From: an uncultured Burkholderiales bacterium | Lineage (GTDB): Bacteria; Actinomycetota; Acidimicrobiia; IMCC26256; JAOSJL01 | Direction of reading: 5' to 3' | Assembly (NCBI GenBank): GCA_964424125.1 | Contig: CAYRHS010000003.1 | Coordinates: forward strand, 1-45,132 | Length of the DNA stretch: 45,132 bases | Shown: positions 16,548-25,982 of the stretch, piece by piece | How the letters are laid out: each line of letters begins with the position of its first letter | How positions within the stretch are numbered: position 1 is the stretch's first letter | The notes under the pieces: generated by a model | Told to the model about the DNA's origin: nothing | The model's input: only the letters and a program-made list of their open reading frames with translations | Databases searched by the model: none | Made by a program: the position numbers and the translations under genes

Positions 16548-19346
16548 ATGGCCATCGCGCCGGAGCAGACGGGGATCGGGATCGAGCGCCACTACACGAG
16601 CCCCGACGTGGATCCCTACGACACCGTCGAGTGGGAGCTGCGCGACGCGCGCATCCAGAACCACAAGGACGGGACCGACGCGTTCTTCCAGCCCGGCGTC
16701 GAGTTCCCCACGAGGTGGTCGCAGAACGCGACGAACATCGTGTCCCAGAAGTACTTCCGGGGGACCCTCGGCACCGCCGAGCGCGAGTGGTCGTTGCGTC
16801 AGGTGATCGACCGAGTCGCCGACACCATCACCGACTGGGGTGAGCGCGACGGCTACTTCGTCTCCGACGAGGAGTCGGGCGCGTTCCGCGCCGAGCTGAA
16901 GTACCTCCTGCTCCACCAGCACGCCGCGTTCAACTCGCCGGTCTGGTTCAACATCGGGGTGAAGCACACCCCGCAGCAGGCATCGGCGTGCTTCATCCTC
17001 GCCGTGGACGACACCATGGACGGGATCCTCAACTGGTACCGGGAGGAGGGGATCATCTTCAAAGGCGGCTCGGGCTCGGGGATCAACCTGTCCAACCTGC
17101 GTTCGTCCGTGGAGGGTCTCAAGGGCGGCGGCACCGCCAGCGGTCCGGTGAGCTTCATGCGCGGCGCGGACGCGTCGGCGGGGACGATCAAGTCCGGGGG
17201 CAAGACCCGACGCGCGGCGAAGATGGTCATCCTCGACGTCGATCACCCCGACATCGAGGAGTTCATCTGGTGCAAGGCTCGTGAGGAGCAGAAGGCGCGG
17301 GCGCTGCGCGAGGCCGGCTTCGACATGGACCTCGACGGCCGGGACTCGCACTCGGTGCAGTACCAGAACGCGAACAACTCCGTACGCGTCACCGACGACT
17401 TCATGGAGGCGGTGGTCGAGGACCGCGACTGGGACCTGGAGGCGGTCACGACCGGCGAGACCGTCCGGACCGTGAAGGCGCGGGAGCTCATGCGCCAGAT
17501 CTCCGACGCTTCCTGGCAGTGCGCGGACCCGGGGATGCAGTTCGACACGACCATCAACAACTGGCACACCGCGTCCAACACCGGCCGGATCAACGCGAGC
17601 AACCCGTGCTCGGAGTACATGCACCTCGACAACTCGGCGTGCAACCTCGCGAGCATCAACCTGTTGAAGTATCTCGACGAGGAGGACGACTTCGACGTCG
17701 AGGGCTTCGAGCACACCGTCGAAGTGCTGTTCACTGCCCAGGAGATCCTGGTCGGCAACGCCGACTACCCGACCGAGCGGATCGGCGAGACGAGCCGTAC
17801 CTTCCGCCAGCTCGGGCTGGGCTACGCGAACCTCGGAGCGCTGCTCATGGCGCAGGGCCTGCCCTACGACTCGCACGACGGTCGTACGTGGGCCGCCGCG
17901 ATCACGTCGCTCATGACCGGGCACGCCTACGCGACGAGCGCGCGTACCGCGGCGAGGATGGGCCCCTTCGCCGGCTACGCCAATAACGCCGAGCCCATGC
18001 TGAAGGTCCTGCGGATGCACCGTGGCGAGACGGCGAAGATCGACGAGGAGGTCGTTCCGCCCGAGCTCCTATCGGCCGCGCAGCGGTCCTGGGACGACGC
18101 GGTCGAGCTCGGCGAGGCGTACGGCGTCCGCAACTCACAGGCCAGCGTGCTCGCACCCACGGGGACCATCGGGTTGATGATGGACTGTGATACGACGGGC
18201 ATCGAGCCCGACCTCGCGCTCACCAAGGCGAAGAAGCTCGTCGGGGGCGGGACGATGTTCATCGTCAACCGCACCGTGCCCCGTGCGCTCCGGCGGCTCG
18301 GCTACTCCGACGAGCAGGTTGACGAGATCGTCCGCTACGTCGACGACCACAAGACGCTCATCGGTGCGCCGCACTTCGATCCCGAGCACCTGCCGGTCTT
18401 CGCCTGCTCGATGGGCGACAACCCGATCCACTACCGGGGCCACGTCACCATGATGGGAGCGGTGCAGCCGTTCCTCTCGGGCGCGATCAGCAAGACCGTG
18501 AACATGCCCGAGGACGTCACCGTCGAGGATGTCGAGGAGCTCCACATCGACGCGTGGCGGCTCGGGCTCAAGGCCGTCGCGATCTACCGCGACAACTGCA
18601 AAGTGGCGCAGCCGCTCGCGAGCCAGAAGAAGGAGAAGGTCGCGGAGCCCGACACCGCGGCGCTGGCCCGGGAGGTCGAACGGGTCGTCGAGACGATCGT
18701 GGTCCAGGAGCCGGTCCGCCAGAAGCTGCCGAAGCGGCGTGTCTCCAAGACGTTCTCGTTCCGGGTCGCCGACTGCCACGGCTACGTAACGGTCGGGGAG
18801 TTCGAGGACGGCCGTCCGGGAGAGATCTTCCTGCGGGTGGCGAAGCAGGGATCGACGCTGGCCGGCGTCATGGATGCGTTCGCCATCTCGGTCAGCCACG
18901 GCCTCCAGTACGGAGTTCCGCTCGAGGCCTTCGTCCAGATGTTCACCAACATGCGCTTCGAGCCCGCGGGCATGACCGACGATCCCGACATCCGCTTCGC
19001 CACGAGCCTCGTCGACTACATCTTCCGGCGGCTCGCGGTCGAGTACCTCCCGTACGAGCGACGACGCGACATGGGGGTGCTGACCGTCCACGAGCGCTCG
19101 CAGCCCACGCTCCCCGGCGTCGAGGAGGCGGCCGTCGAGCAGGCCACGTCGGCGGAGCTGCCGCTCGAGGACCGTCCGCCCTCCGCGGAGGCGCCGCCCG
19201 CACCCGAGTCGGGACCGCCCGCCACCGAGCAGCCGGGCATCCAGAATCGCGAGACGGTGCTCTGCTACGTCTGTGGCGACATCATGCAGCGGGCCGGGAG
19301 CTGCTACGCCTGCCCGTCGTGCGGCGCCACCAGCGGCTGCTCGTGA
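16548..19346 (+). CDS. nrdJ: adenosylcobalamin-dependent ribonucleoside-diphosphate reductase (class II)
   Basis: 932 aa with TRWSQNATNIVSQKYFRG, active-site NPCSEY...CNLASINL, and a C-terminal Cys-rich tail CYVCGDIMQRAGSCYACPSCGATSGC. GGAAGGGAG SD upstream. Confidence 0.96.
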   Translation: MAIAPEQTGIGIERHYTSPDVDPYDTVEWELRDARIQNHKDGTDAFFQPGVEFPTRWSQNATNIVSQKYFRGTLGTAEREWSLRQVIDRVADTITDWGERDGYFVSDEESGAFRAELKYLLLHQHAAFNSPVWFNIGVKHTPQQASACFILAVDDTMDGILNWYREEGIIFKGGSGSGINLSNLRSSVEGLKGGGTASGPVSFMRGADASAGTIKSGGKTRRAAKMVILDVDHPDIEEFIWCKAREEQKARALREAGFDMDLDGRDSHSVQYQNANNSVRVTDDFMEAVVEDRDWDLEAVTTGETVRTVKARELMRQISDASWQCADPGMQFDTTINNWHTASNTGRINASNPCSEYMHLDNSACNLASINLLKYLDEEDDFDVEGFEHTVEVLFTAQEILVGNADYPTERIGETSRTFRQLGLGYANLGALLMAQGLPYDSHDGRTWAAAITSLMTGHAYATSARTAARMGPFAGYANNAEPMLKVLRMHRGETAKIDEEVVPPELLSAAQRSWDDAVELGEAYGVRNSQASVLAPTGTIGLMMDCDTTGIEPDLALTKAKKLVGGGTMFIVNRTVPRALRRLGYSDEQVDEIVRYVDDHKTLIGAPHFDPEHLPVFACSMGDNPIHYRGHVTMMGAVQPFLSGAISKTVNMPEDVTVEDVEELHIDAWRLGLKAVAIYRDNCKVAQPLASQKKEKVAEPDTAALAREVERVVETIVVQEPVRQKLPKRRVSKTFSFRVADCHGYVTVGEFEDGRPGEIFLRVAKQGSTLAGVMDAFAISVSHGLQYGVPLEAFVQMFTNMRFEPAGMTDDPDIRFATSLVDYIFRRLAVEYLPYERRRDMGVLTVHERSQPTLPGVEEAAVEQATSAELPLEDRPPSAEAPPAPESGPPATEQPGIQNRETVLCYVCGDIMQRAGSCYACPSCGATSGCS

Positions 19347-19368
19347 ACGAGGTGCCGGACTCGGGTCC

Positions 19369-19603
19369 ATGACCCTGTCGGACCGACTGCTCGGCGTCGA
19401 GGGCAAGTGGCTCATGGGGAAGTTCATCCCTCGCGAGCTCCTCGGTCATCTCGAGGACCACCTGAAGGTCGTGGCGCCGGGACGGGAACGAGAGCTGCGG
19501 GACACGGTCGAGCGGCGCTACCGGGAGCTGGTCGAGGAGGACGCCGCTGGCCACCTACCGCGACGTCCTCGACGAGCGCTTCGGGTCCGGGGCCGGTTCC
19601 TGA
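19369..19603 (+). pseudogene. small ORF downstream of nrdJ with apparent +1 frameshift near 19543
   Basis: MTLSDRLLGVEGKWLMGKFIPRELLGHLEDHLKVVAPGRERELRDTVERRYRELVEEDA has high GC3. After about 19543 the high-GC3 signal moves to the next frame (PLATYRDVLDERFGSGAGS, stop 19601-19603). Confidence 0.4.
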
Positions 19604-19606
19604 CCG

Positions 19607-22048
19607 CTACTCCACGATGCGCAGCGTGGACGAGATGTCCATGCGGCGGAGGCGCCGGAGGGTGAACAGTGGCGCGACCGCGACCGCGACCACGCCGAGG
19701 AGGACGGCCGTGAGGACCGTGCTCCCCGCGAGCGACGCGCTGATCCCGATGTCGGGGAGCGTGTTCGGGATCAGGACGCGGATCACCCACTCGAGCACGA
19801 GACGGCCGGCAAGGACACCCAGGAGCGTGCCGAAGACACCGACGAGCAGGCTCTCGGTGATCGCGATGAGCATGACGGAGCGCACGGGGAGCCCGAAGGC
19901 GAACATCGTCGCGTGTTCGCGCCCTCGTTCGTCCATGTTGATGGCGGTGGAGTTGAACGCGATGAGGAGGGCCAGGACGAGGACGGCGCCCTCGATGATC
20001 GTGAAGATCCCGAGGACCTGCTCGATCTGGTCGCGGATGGACTCGGCCGCGGCGGAGAGGGGTTCGACGGACGCGACACCGGGCTGGCCGAACAGCGCGA
20101 CCTGCACGTCCTCGGGAGTCTCCCCGGGTGCGGGTGCGACACGGAGCTGGTTGACGACCCCGTCGAGGTTCATCAGCGGGCCCGACTGACCGAGGTCCAG
20201 GTAGGTCACGAAACGGTAGGGGTTCGGGTGCACGGCCAGCACGGGGACCTCGGTGTCGACGAAGCTCACCTCCAGGTCCTTGCCCAGGTACGGATGTCGG
20301 AGCGTGACCGTGTCGCCGGGGCCCACGCCCAGGTCGTCGGCCGCCTTCTTCGCGAGCACCAGGCCCGGCACGCCGGTCTCGAGACTTCCCTCGATCGTCG
20401 TCGGGGTCCACAGCTCGCTGTCGAGGTCGATCGCCGTGAGCAGGACGTCGAACTCGTCGTCGGTGCCGGGAGCCAGGGTCCCACCGACCTGGAGCGCGGG
20501 CTCGGACGTCCGGAGGACCTCGGAGTCCTCGAGGTCGGTGACGATCGGGTCGTTCTCACCGTAGAAGGAGTCGAGGTCGACCGAGAGGCGATCCGGCGCG
20601 GCGCCGAGGATCTCGTCGTCCCCGGCGTCGACCGTCGCCAGGAGCGAGTCGACCATGCCCAGGACCCCGATCAGCGTCGTGATCGCGGCCGCGATCCCGA
20701 GCGCGGTGAGCAACGCACGGCGGGGCTCCCGCAGGACGTTGCGGAACGGCATCTCTCCGACGGACGAGCCCGGGAGGGGGAGACGCCGGACGATCGGCGC
20801 GAGCCCGCCGCCCTCGGTGCGATGCGTGGTGCTGATCGCCTCGACCGGCGTCACCCGAACCGCCCGCAGGACCGGGAAGAGAGTGGCGAGGAGCGGCAGG
20901 AAGAAGCCGAGCAGGGCCCCGAACAGGAAGACGCCCGGTTGGAAGTGGGTGATCCAGGCGGGGAGCGGTTGGAAGTCGCGCAAGAGGGAGGCCATGCCCG
21001 CGCCGATGACGAGCCCCACGCCGATCCCGAACACGACGCCGAGCAACGCGACCTGGGCCCCGACGAGGAGGGTGCGGCTGGCGAGCGTCTTGGCCGGTAC
21101 GCCGAGCGCCATGCCGATCCCGATCTCGCGACGCTGCGCCTCGACGATCCGCACGGTGAGGTTGAGGGCTGCGAACGCCGCTCCCGCGAGGATCATGATG
21201 GCGAAGATGTTGTAGAAGCGCTGGTCGCCGTCGATGTCGTCGTAGAGGTAGCGCAGGACCCGGTCCTCGTCCTTCGGGGTGATCGTGAAGCCGACGCCCG
21301 GGAACGCCTCCTCGAGCCCCGACCGCAGCTCGGCCTCGACCGCTTCGGGGTCGGCGCCGTCGGCGACGCGCAGCACGAGGTCGTTGGCCTCGCCCGGGTG
21401 GTCGGTGAACTCCTGGACCGTGGCCAGCGGCGCGTACAGGACCGCGAAGTCGGCGAAGAGGCTGCCGCGGTCGTTGAACACGACGAAGTCCTCGGGTGAG
21501 AGACCGCGGCCCACCACCTCGACCTCCCGGTTCCCCGTGAGCCGGATCGTCGTGCCCGGCTCCAGGTGGTGGTCGTCGGCGAAGTGCTCGTCGACGACGA
21601 CCGTGGGCTCACTCGCGTCGGGACCCTCGAGCGCTCGGCCGGACGTCACGGCGACGCCGTTGACGTCCGGTTTCCCGTCGCCGACCTCGACACCGACGAG
21701 GCGGCCGGGTACGAGGACGACCTCGTCCTCGGTCGAGGCGTCGACCTGCGTCGGCTCGATCAGGCGCGGCTCGAGCGCGGCGAGGTCGTCACCCGTCGCC
21801 TCACGCGCCGCGGAGACGAGCGCGTCCGAACCGACGTAGTTCCCCTCCGCGAGCGAGACGTGGAGGTCGTACATCGCGAGCTGCTCGTAGCTCGCGTCGT
21901 AGGACGCCCGGCGCCAGCGGGAGACCGAGCTCAGGCCGGAGTAGGTCCCCGAGCCGATCCCGATGATGAGGGCGATGGCGGCCACTTGCAGCCACCGGGC
22001 CCGCAGATCGCGCCACGACCAACGGAGGCGCAGGAAGAAGTGCGCCAT
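19607..22048 (-). CDS. ABC transporter permease, double FtsX-domain (MacB/YbbP-like)
   Basis: 813 aa with two 4-TM FtsX-type modules, each preceded by a large extracytoplasmic domain. The partner ATPase gene ends 3 nt upstream. Confidence 0.9.
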   Translation of the reverse strand: MAHFFLRLRWSWRDLRARWLQVAAIALIIGIGSGTYSGLSSVSRWRRASYDASYEQLAMYDLHVSLAEGNYVGSDALVSAAREATGDDLAALEPRLIEPTQVDASTEDEVVLVPGRLVGVEVGDGKPDVNGVAVTSGRALEGPDASEPTVVVDEHFADDHHLEPGTTIRLTGNREVEVVGRGLSPEDFVVFNDRGSLFADFAVLYAPLATVQEFTDHPGEANDLVLRVADGADPEAVEAELRSGLEEAFPGVGFTITPKDEDRVLRYLYDDIDGDQRFYNIFAIMILAGAAFAALNLTVRIVEAQRREIGIGMALGVPAKTLASRTLLVGAQVALLGVVFGIGVGLVIGAGMASLLRDFQPLPAWITHFQPGVFLFGALLGFFLPLLATLFPVLRAVRVTPVEAISTTHRTEGGGLAPIVRRLPLPGSSVGEMPFRNVLREPRRALLTALGIAAAITTLIGVLGMVDSLLATVDAGDDEILGAAPDRLSVDLDSFYGENDPIVTDLEDSEVLRTSEPALQVGGTLAPGTDDEFDVLLTAIDLDSELWTPTTIEGSLETGVPGLVLAKKAADDLGVGPGDTVTLRHPYLGKDLEVSFVDTEVPVLAVHPNPYRFVTYLDLGQSGPLMNLDGVVNQLRVAPAPGETPEDVQVALFGQPGVASVEPLSAAAESIRDQIEQVLGIFTIIEGAVLVLALLIAFNSTAINMDERGREHATMFAFGLPVRSVMLIAITESLLVGVFGTLLGVLAGRLVLEWVIRVLIPNTLPDIGISASLAGSTVLTAVLLGVVAVAVAPLFTLRRLRRMDISSTLRIVE

Positions 22049-22051
22049 GCG

Positions 22052-22762
22052 CTACCAGTGGAGGGTCGAGATCGGCGTCCGCCCGCCCGCGGGCGGGCCG
22101 TCGGAGACGACGGCGCCGCTGCTGAGCTCGACGACGCGAGAGGCCGATCGGCTGATCTCGCGGTTGTGGGTCACGACGACGACGGTCGAGCCCCCCGCAG
22201 CCTGCTCCTGGAGGAGCTCGAGGATCTGCACGCCGGTGCGGAAGTCGAGCTCGCCGGTCGGCTCGTCGGCGAGGACCACGGGGTTGGCGGTGGCGAGCGC
22301 ACGGGCGATCGCGACTCGCTGTTGCTCGCCCCCGGAGAGCTGGCTGGGGAAGTGGTCCAGCCGGTCGCCGAGGCCGACGCGGCGGAGCACGTCGACGGCC
22401 GACGGACCGGGGCGGTCGCCCCGGGCGACGTCGATGGCGAACTGGACGTTCTCCTTCCCGGTGAGCGCGGGGAACAGGTTGAAGGTCTGGAAGACGAAGC
22501 TCACGGTCTCGCGCCGGAACCGGAACAGCTGGCCGCGGCTCGCGCCGGTGATGCGGGCGCCGCTCACGGTCACCTCGCCCTCGGAGGGGGTGTCGAGCGC
22601 CCCGATCATGTTCAGGAGGGTCGTCTTGCCGGATCCCGAGGGCCCGAGGACCACGACGAACTCGCCCTCGTCGACGGTGAGGTCGACGTCGTGCAGCGCG
22701 GAGACGCTCGTCTCGCCGACCAGGTAGGTCCGGCCGACGCCCTCGAGCTCGATGACCGCGAT
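22052..22762 (-). CDS. ABC transporter ATP-binding protein (MacB-type NBD); non-canonical ATC start proposed
   Basis: Walker A GPSGSGKTT, signature LSGGEQQR, Walker B VVLADEPTGELD and H-loop VTHN. The NBD N-terminal strands (IIAVIELEGVGRTYLV...) lie upstream of the only canonical start (GTG 22654). An in-frame TAG sits at 22796-22798. Confidence 0.85.
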   Translation of the reverse strand: MAVIELEGVGRTYLVGETSVSALHDVDLTVDEGEFVVVLGPSGSGKTTLLNMIGALDTPSEGEVTVSGARITGASRGQLFRFRRETVSFVFQTFNLFPALTGKENVQFAIDVARGDRPGPSAVDVLRRVGLGDRLDHFPSQLSGGEQQRVAIARALATANPVVLADEPTGELDFRTGVQILELLQEQAAGGSTVVVVTHNREISRSASRVVELSSGAVVSDGPPAGGRTPISTLHW

Positions 22763-22857
22763 GATCCGACCTCCTGCTCCGGCGAAGCGCTCACCCTAGG
22801 GCGATCGGCTCCGCGAACGAGCGATCGGGGACGCGGACGAGCGCCGGTCCGCCCTCG

Positions 22858-23757
22858 TCACGCGAGCGCGAGCGCCCGGGGTGGGGGGAACCGCGCGTCG
22901 TGCTCACTCCACGAGGTGCCTCCGTCGCTGGAGGTGAACAGTCGACCGTCCCCGGTGGCGAACGCGGCGGTGCAGCCGCCGGCCACGAGCCAGTGCGTGT
23001 CGACGTTCGCACCGAACCACTCGGGGAGACCGTCGCCGAGGCGCTGGAACGGCCCACCCGCGCGCGGGCGTCGATAGATCGCGGCCCGCGTCGTCCGCGG
23101 GCCGGTGGACACCGAGAGGAGCACGTGCGCGTCGGTGAGCGCGACGGCACGCGCGTAGGTTGCGTGCAGGCCGGCGGTCTCGAGCGACCACGTGTCGCCA
23201 CAGTCCTCGGAGACGAGCGCTCCCACGGCCGCCGCCGCGACCACGAGGCCGTGGTCCTCGTCGGTGACGACCTGGTGGACGTCGGCTTCGACGTCGACCG
23301 TCGGCGTCCAGTGCTCCCCGCCGTCGTCGGAGCGCGGGATCCCGCCGACGTGGACGTTCACGAAGAGGCGCGAACCGAGGCGGGCGGCGGAGCGCACGTC
23401 GGCCGGCGCTCCCCAGGGGGTGCCCCACCGCTCACGCCCTGCGACCTGCTCGAAGCCGGGGACGGGCACCAGCTCGTCGCCGTCGAGGCGGAGCAGGTGC
23501 GCGCCGCGCGTCCCCACGAGCAGCGTGCCGTCCCCGGCGAGCAGCGTGGTCGCGGGCTCGTGCGGAACCTTCGCCACCTCGACCCATGCTCGGCGGTCGC
23601 GGCGGTGCACGACGGAGCCGTCCGTGAGCGCCCACCAGACGTCGCCGTCCCGCGCCAGCGCGTCGACGTCGTGGCCGGTCAGCTCCACGCCTCGGCGTTC
23701 GCCGCACTCGGTATCGACGGGGTACAGGCCGTCCGCCGTGGCCAGCAAAAGGTCCAT
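22858..23757 (-). CDS. BNR/Asp-box repeat beta-propeller protein
   Basis: Three Asp-box-like motifs: SDDGGEHW, SEDCGDTW and SSDGGTSW. ATG at 23757, with an alternative TTG at 23769. Confidence 0.8.
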   Translation of the reverse strand: MDLLLATADGLYPVDTECGERRGVELTGHDVDALARDGDVWWALTDGSVVHRRDRRAWVEVAKVPHEPATTLLAGDGTLLVGTRGAHLLRLDGDELVPVPGFEQVAGRERWGTPWGAPADVRSAARLGSRLFVNVHVGGIPRSDDGGEHWTPTVDVEADVHQVVTDEDHGLVVAAAAVGALVSEDCGDTWSLETAGLHATYARAVALTDAHVLLSVSTGPRTTRAAIYRRPRAGGPFQRLGDGLPEWFGANVDTHWLVAGGCTAAFATGDGRLFTSSDGGTSWSEHDARFPPPRALALA

Positions 23758-23765
23758 CGCCGGCG

Positions 23766-24290
23766 TCAACGAGCCGCGTCCACGGATGCTTCCCGCCGGA
23801 TCCGCTTCAGGGCTTCACGCCGTGACAGGCCCGAGAGCTCGTCCTCGTGCGCACGGACGAATTCGGCGACATCGCCGGGCGCGACCTTCGAGTACTCGCG
23901 CAGCGCCCAGCCGATGGCCTTGCGAACGAAGAACTGCCCACAGGTCGACCGTGTCCCACCACGACTTCCTGGAGATCGCGCGGCGCGCCGTCGCCAGGAA
24001 CCTCGGCGAGCAGACCTGCACGCGCGCACGCGCGTACTCGCCGCCGAAGTACTGGAGCTCGCGCTGCGGTCGTGACCAGCAGTCGTCCACGACCGCGCGC
24101 AGGGTCGCTTCGTCCGGCGTCGCGAGGCGTCGGGTCACGTCCCGCTGCAGCCGTCGGCGCAGGGGCGCCTTCACGCCGAAGAACGGAAACCGGTCCCGCA
24201 TGTAGGCGGCCATGGCCGCCGCCTGCTCGGCGTCGGCCGCCTCCGGCAACGCTGACGCGACCGCGTTGACGATCTCCTCGTGGCTCAGCG
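23766..24290 (-). pseudogene. DNA alkylation repair (AlkD/YhaZ-like HEAT-repeat) gene disrupted by an internal out-of-frame deletion
   Basis: The N-terminal frame reads ...AAAMAAYMRDRFPFFGVKAPLRRRL...PQRELQYFGGEY...SWWDTVDL. The C-terminal frame reads FFVRKAIGWALREYSKVAPGDVAEFV...LSGLSRREALKRI. The two frames abut at about 23935-23943, with roughly 60-70 expected codons missing. Confidence 0.7.
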
Positions 24291-24584
24291 GTCGGCCTCG
24301 AGCATGGTGATGCCTTCCGGGCCGGAGGTGGCGGCGTGGCGCGTCCCGGCGGGAAGGTCGAGCCGGTCGCCGGGCCGGAGCACGAGCTCACCGGATTCGG
24401 TGTGGAAGGTGATGCTGCCATCCAGGCAGTAGTGGAGCTGGTCGCACGTGTGCTCGTGCCAGTCCCACTCGCGACCGGGCGGGCTGGACCACTCGTGCGG
24501 TGTCAGACCCTCTTCCGCGAAGCGTTGCTCGAGGTCGCCGCGGGTGGGAGGCGGGCCCGCGTGGGCCGTGACGCGTGCGTCCAT
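24285..24584 (-). CDS. cupin domain protein
   Basis: WDWHEHTCDQLHYCLDGSITFHTESGELVLRPGDRLDLPAGTRHAA is a typical cupin 2 barrel. ATG at 24584, with an alternative GTG at 24620. Confidence 0.8.
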   Translation of the reverse strand: MDARVTAHAGPPPTRGDLEQRFAEEGLTPHEWSSPPGREWDWHEHTCDQLHYCLDGSITFHTESGELVLRPGDRLDLPAGTRHAATSGPEGITMLEADR

Positions 24585-24626
24585 GCGCGCGTCATCATGG
24601 CCCCCGGCCCCGGAGCCCACAAGCGG

Positions 24627-25241
24627 TCAAGCTCGCCGGCCGAGCCTCGCGAGGATGCGCTCGAAGAGCTCGACGGGCTGGAGGCCGGGCACGAGCAGCG
24701 TCGCCTCCTCGCGACGCACGAGGAACGCGGGGGTCCCAACGGCTCCCACCTCCTCGGCGTCGCGGTGTGCGTCGAGGAGTTCGGTCGCGCCCGCGCCGTC
24801 CTCGAGCGCCGACGCGAGGTCTACGCCCGGGACGCCCACCCGGGTGGCGTGCTCGGCGAGGACGTCGACGTCGCCGAGATCCTCGCCGTCGAGCCAGTAG
24901 GCGGCGAACAGCGAGGTGTGGAAGCTCGCGAAGGCGTCGGGGTCCCGGGCCCGGACCCATTCGCCGGCGCGGTGCGCGAGCCGGGTGTTCGGGACGCGGT
25001 CGGGGAACCGCAGTGGCACCTCCTCGGCGTCCGCCAGCGCACGGAGCCGGTCGCCGATCCCGGCGGGGGAGCGGGGGAGCGCGGCGCGTTCGCTCCCGCC
25101 GGTGGGGAGCTCGGGATGGATCTCGAGCGGTCGCAGTTCGAGCTCGGCTCGTTCGCCGAGCCACTCGATGCGCCGCTGCGCGATCCAGCACCACGGGCAG
25201 AGGTAGTCGGTCCAGACCGTGACGTGCGCCTGCTCCTGCAC
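24627..25241 (-). CDS. DsbA-family (FrnE/HCCA-isomerase-like) thiol oxidoreductase
   Basis: HVTVWTDYLCPWCW (CPWC) thioredoxin-fold start and GTPAFLV near the C-terminus. GTG at 25241. Confidence 0.82.
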   Translation of the reverse strand: MQEQAHVTVWTDYLCPWCWIAQRRIEWLGERAELELRPLEIHPELPTGGSERAALPRSPAGIGDRLRALADAEEVPLRFPDRVPNTRLAHRAGEWVRARDPDAFASFHTSLFAAYWLDGEDLGDVDVLAEHATRVGVPGVDLASALEDGAGATELLDAHRDAEEVGAVGTPAFLVRREEATLLVPGLQPVELFERILARLGRRA

Positions 25242-25280
25242 ATCGGGCAGGGTAGGGCCGATCTGCAAGGAGGGGACGAC

Positions 25281-25982
25281 GTGGATGCACCCGTGACCTT
25301 CGAGCGCGAGGGCGCGCTCGGCGTCGTCCGGATCGACGACGGCAAGGCGAACGCGTTCTCGCCCGTCGTGTTCGCGGCGATCGAGGCCGGGCTCGACGAG
25401 GTCGAGGCCGACGACGGGCTCCGCGCGCTCGTGCTCGCGGGTCGCGACGGCATCTTCTCGGGCGGCTTCGAGCTCTCGATCATGCGCCGCGCGGATCGCT
25501 CGACCCTGGAGCTCGTGCGGCAGGGAGGGACGGTGGTGCGCCGGCTCTTCGGCGCGCCCAAGCCGATCGTCGCCGCCTGCACGGGGCATGCCATCGCGGC
25601 GGGGGTGTTCGTGCTCCTCGGGTGCCACTTTCGCGTGGGCGCGACCGGGGAGTTCCGGCTCGGTCTGATCGAGACCCAGCTCGGACTGCCGTTGCCCGAC
25701 TGGTCGGTCGAGATCGCGCGGGAGCGGCTGACGCCGCGCCACCTCCAGCAGGCGACCGTCGAGGCTCGCATGTACGACCCCGAGGCCGCGGTCGAGGCCG
25801 GCTATCTCGACCGGGTGGTTCCAGCCGAGCAGGTGCTCGACGTGGCGCGCGAGGAGGCCGAACGGCTCGCGGAGCTGGATGCGGGCGGGTACGCGCTCAA
25901 CGCGGGGAAGCTCCGGGCTCCCGTGCTCGGCCGAATGGACGAGATCCTTGAGCGTGACCGCGCCGCGCTCGCCGGAGGCTGA
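25281..25982 (+). CDS. enoyl-CoA hydratase/isomerase (crotonase) family protein
   Basis: GVVRIDDGKANAFS, FSGGFEL and ACTGHAIAAG motifs. AAGGAGG lies 7 nt upstream of GTG 25281. Confidence 0.85.
   Translation: MDAPVTFEREGALGVVRIDDGKANAFSPVVFAAIEAGLDEVEADDGLRALVLAGRDGIFSGGFELSIMRRADRSTLELVRQGGTVVRRLFGAPKPIVAACTGHAIAAGVFVLLGCHFRVGATGEFRLGLIETQLGLPLPDWSVEIARERLTPRHLQQATVEARMYDPEAAVEAGYLDRVVPAEQVLDVAREEAERLAELDAGGYALNAGKLRAPVLGRMDEILERDRAALAGG

Noticed and set aside
16107-18020. 637-aa minus-strand ORF opposite nrdJ
   Set aside because: It is a shadow ORF antisense to a clearly conserved nrdJ. Composition is low-complexity Arg/Gly/Val/Pro.
22815-22826. GAACGAGCGATC, a LexA-box-like sequence upstream of the ABC ATPase gene
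   Set aside because: It has one mismatch in a critical half-site (GATC for GTTC) and no functional rationale. A chance occurrence is plausible.
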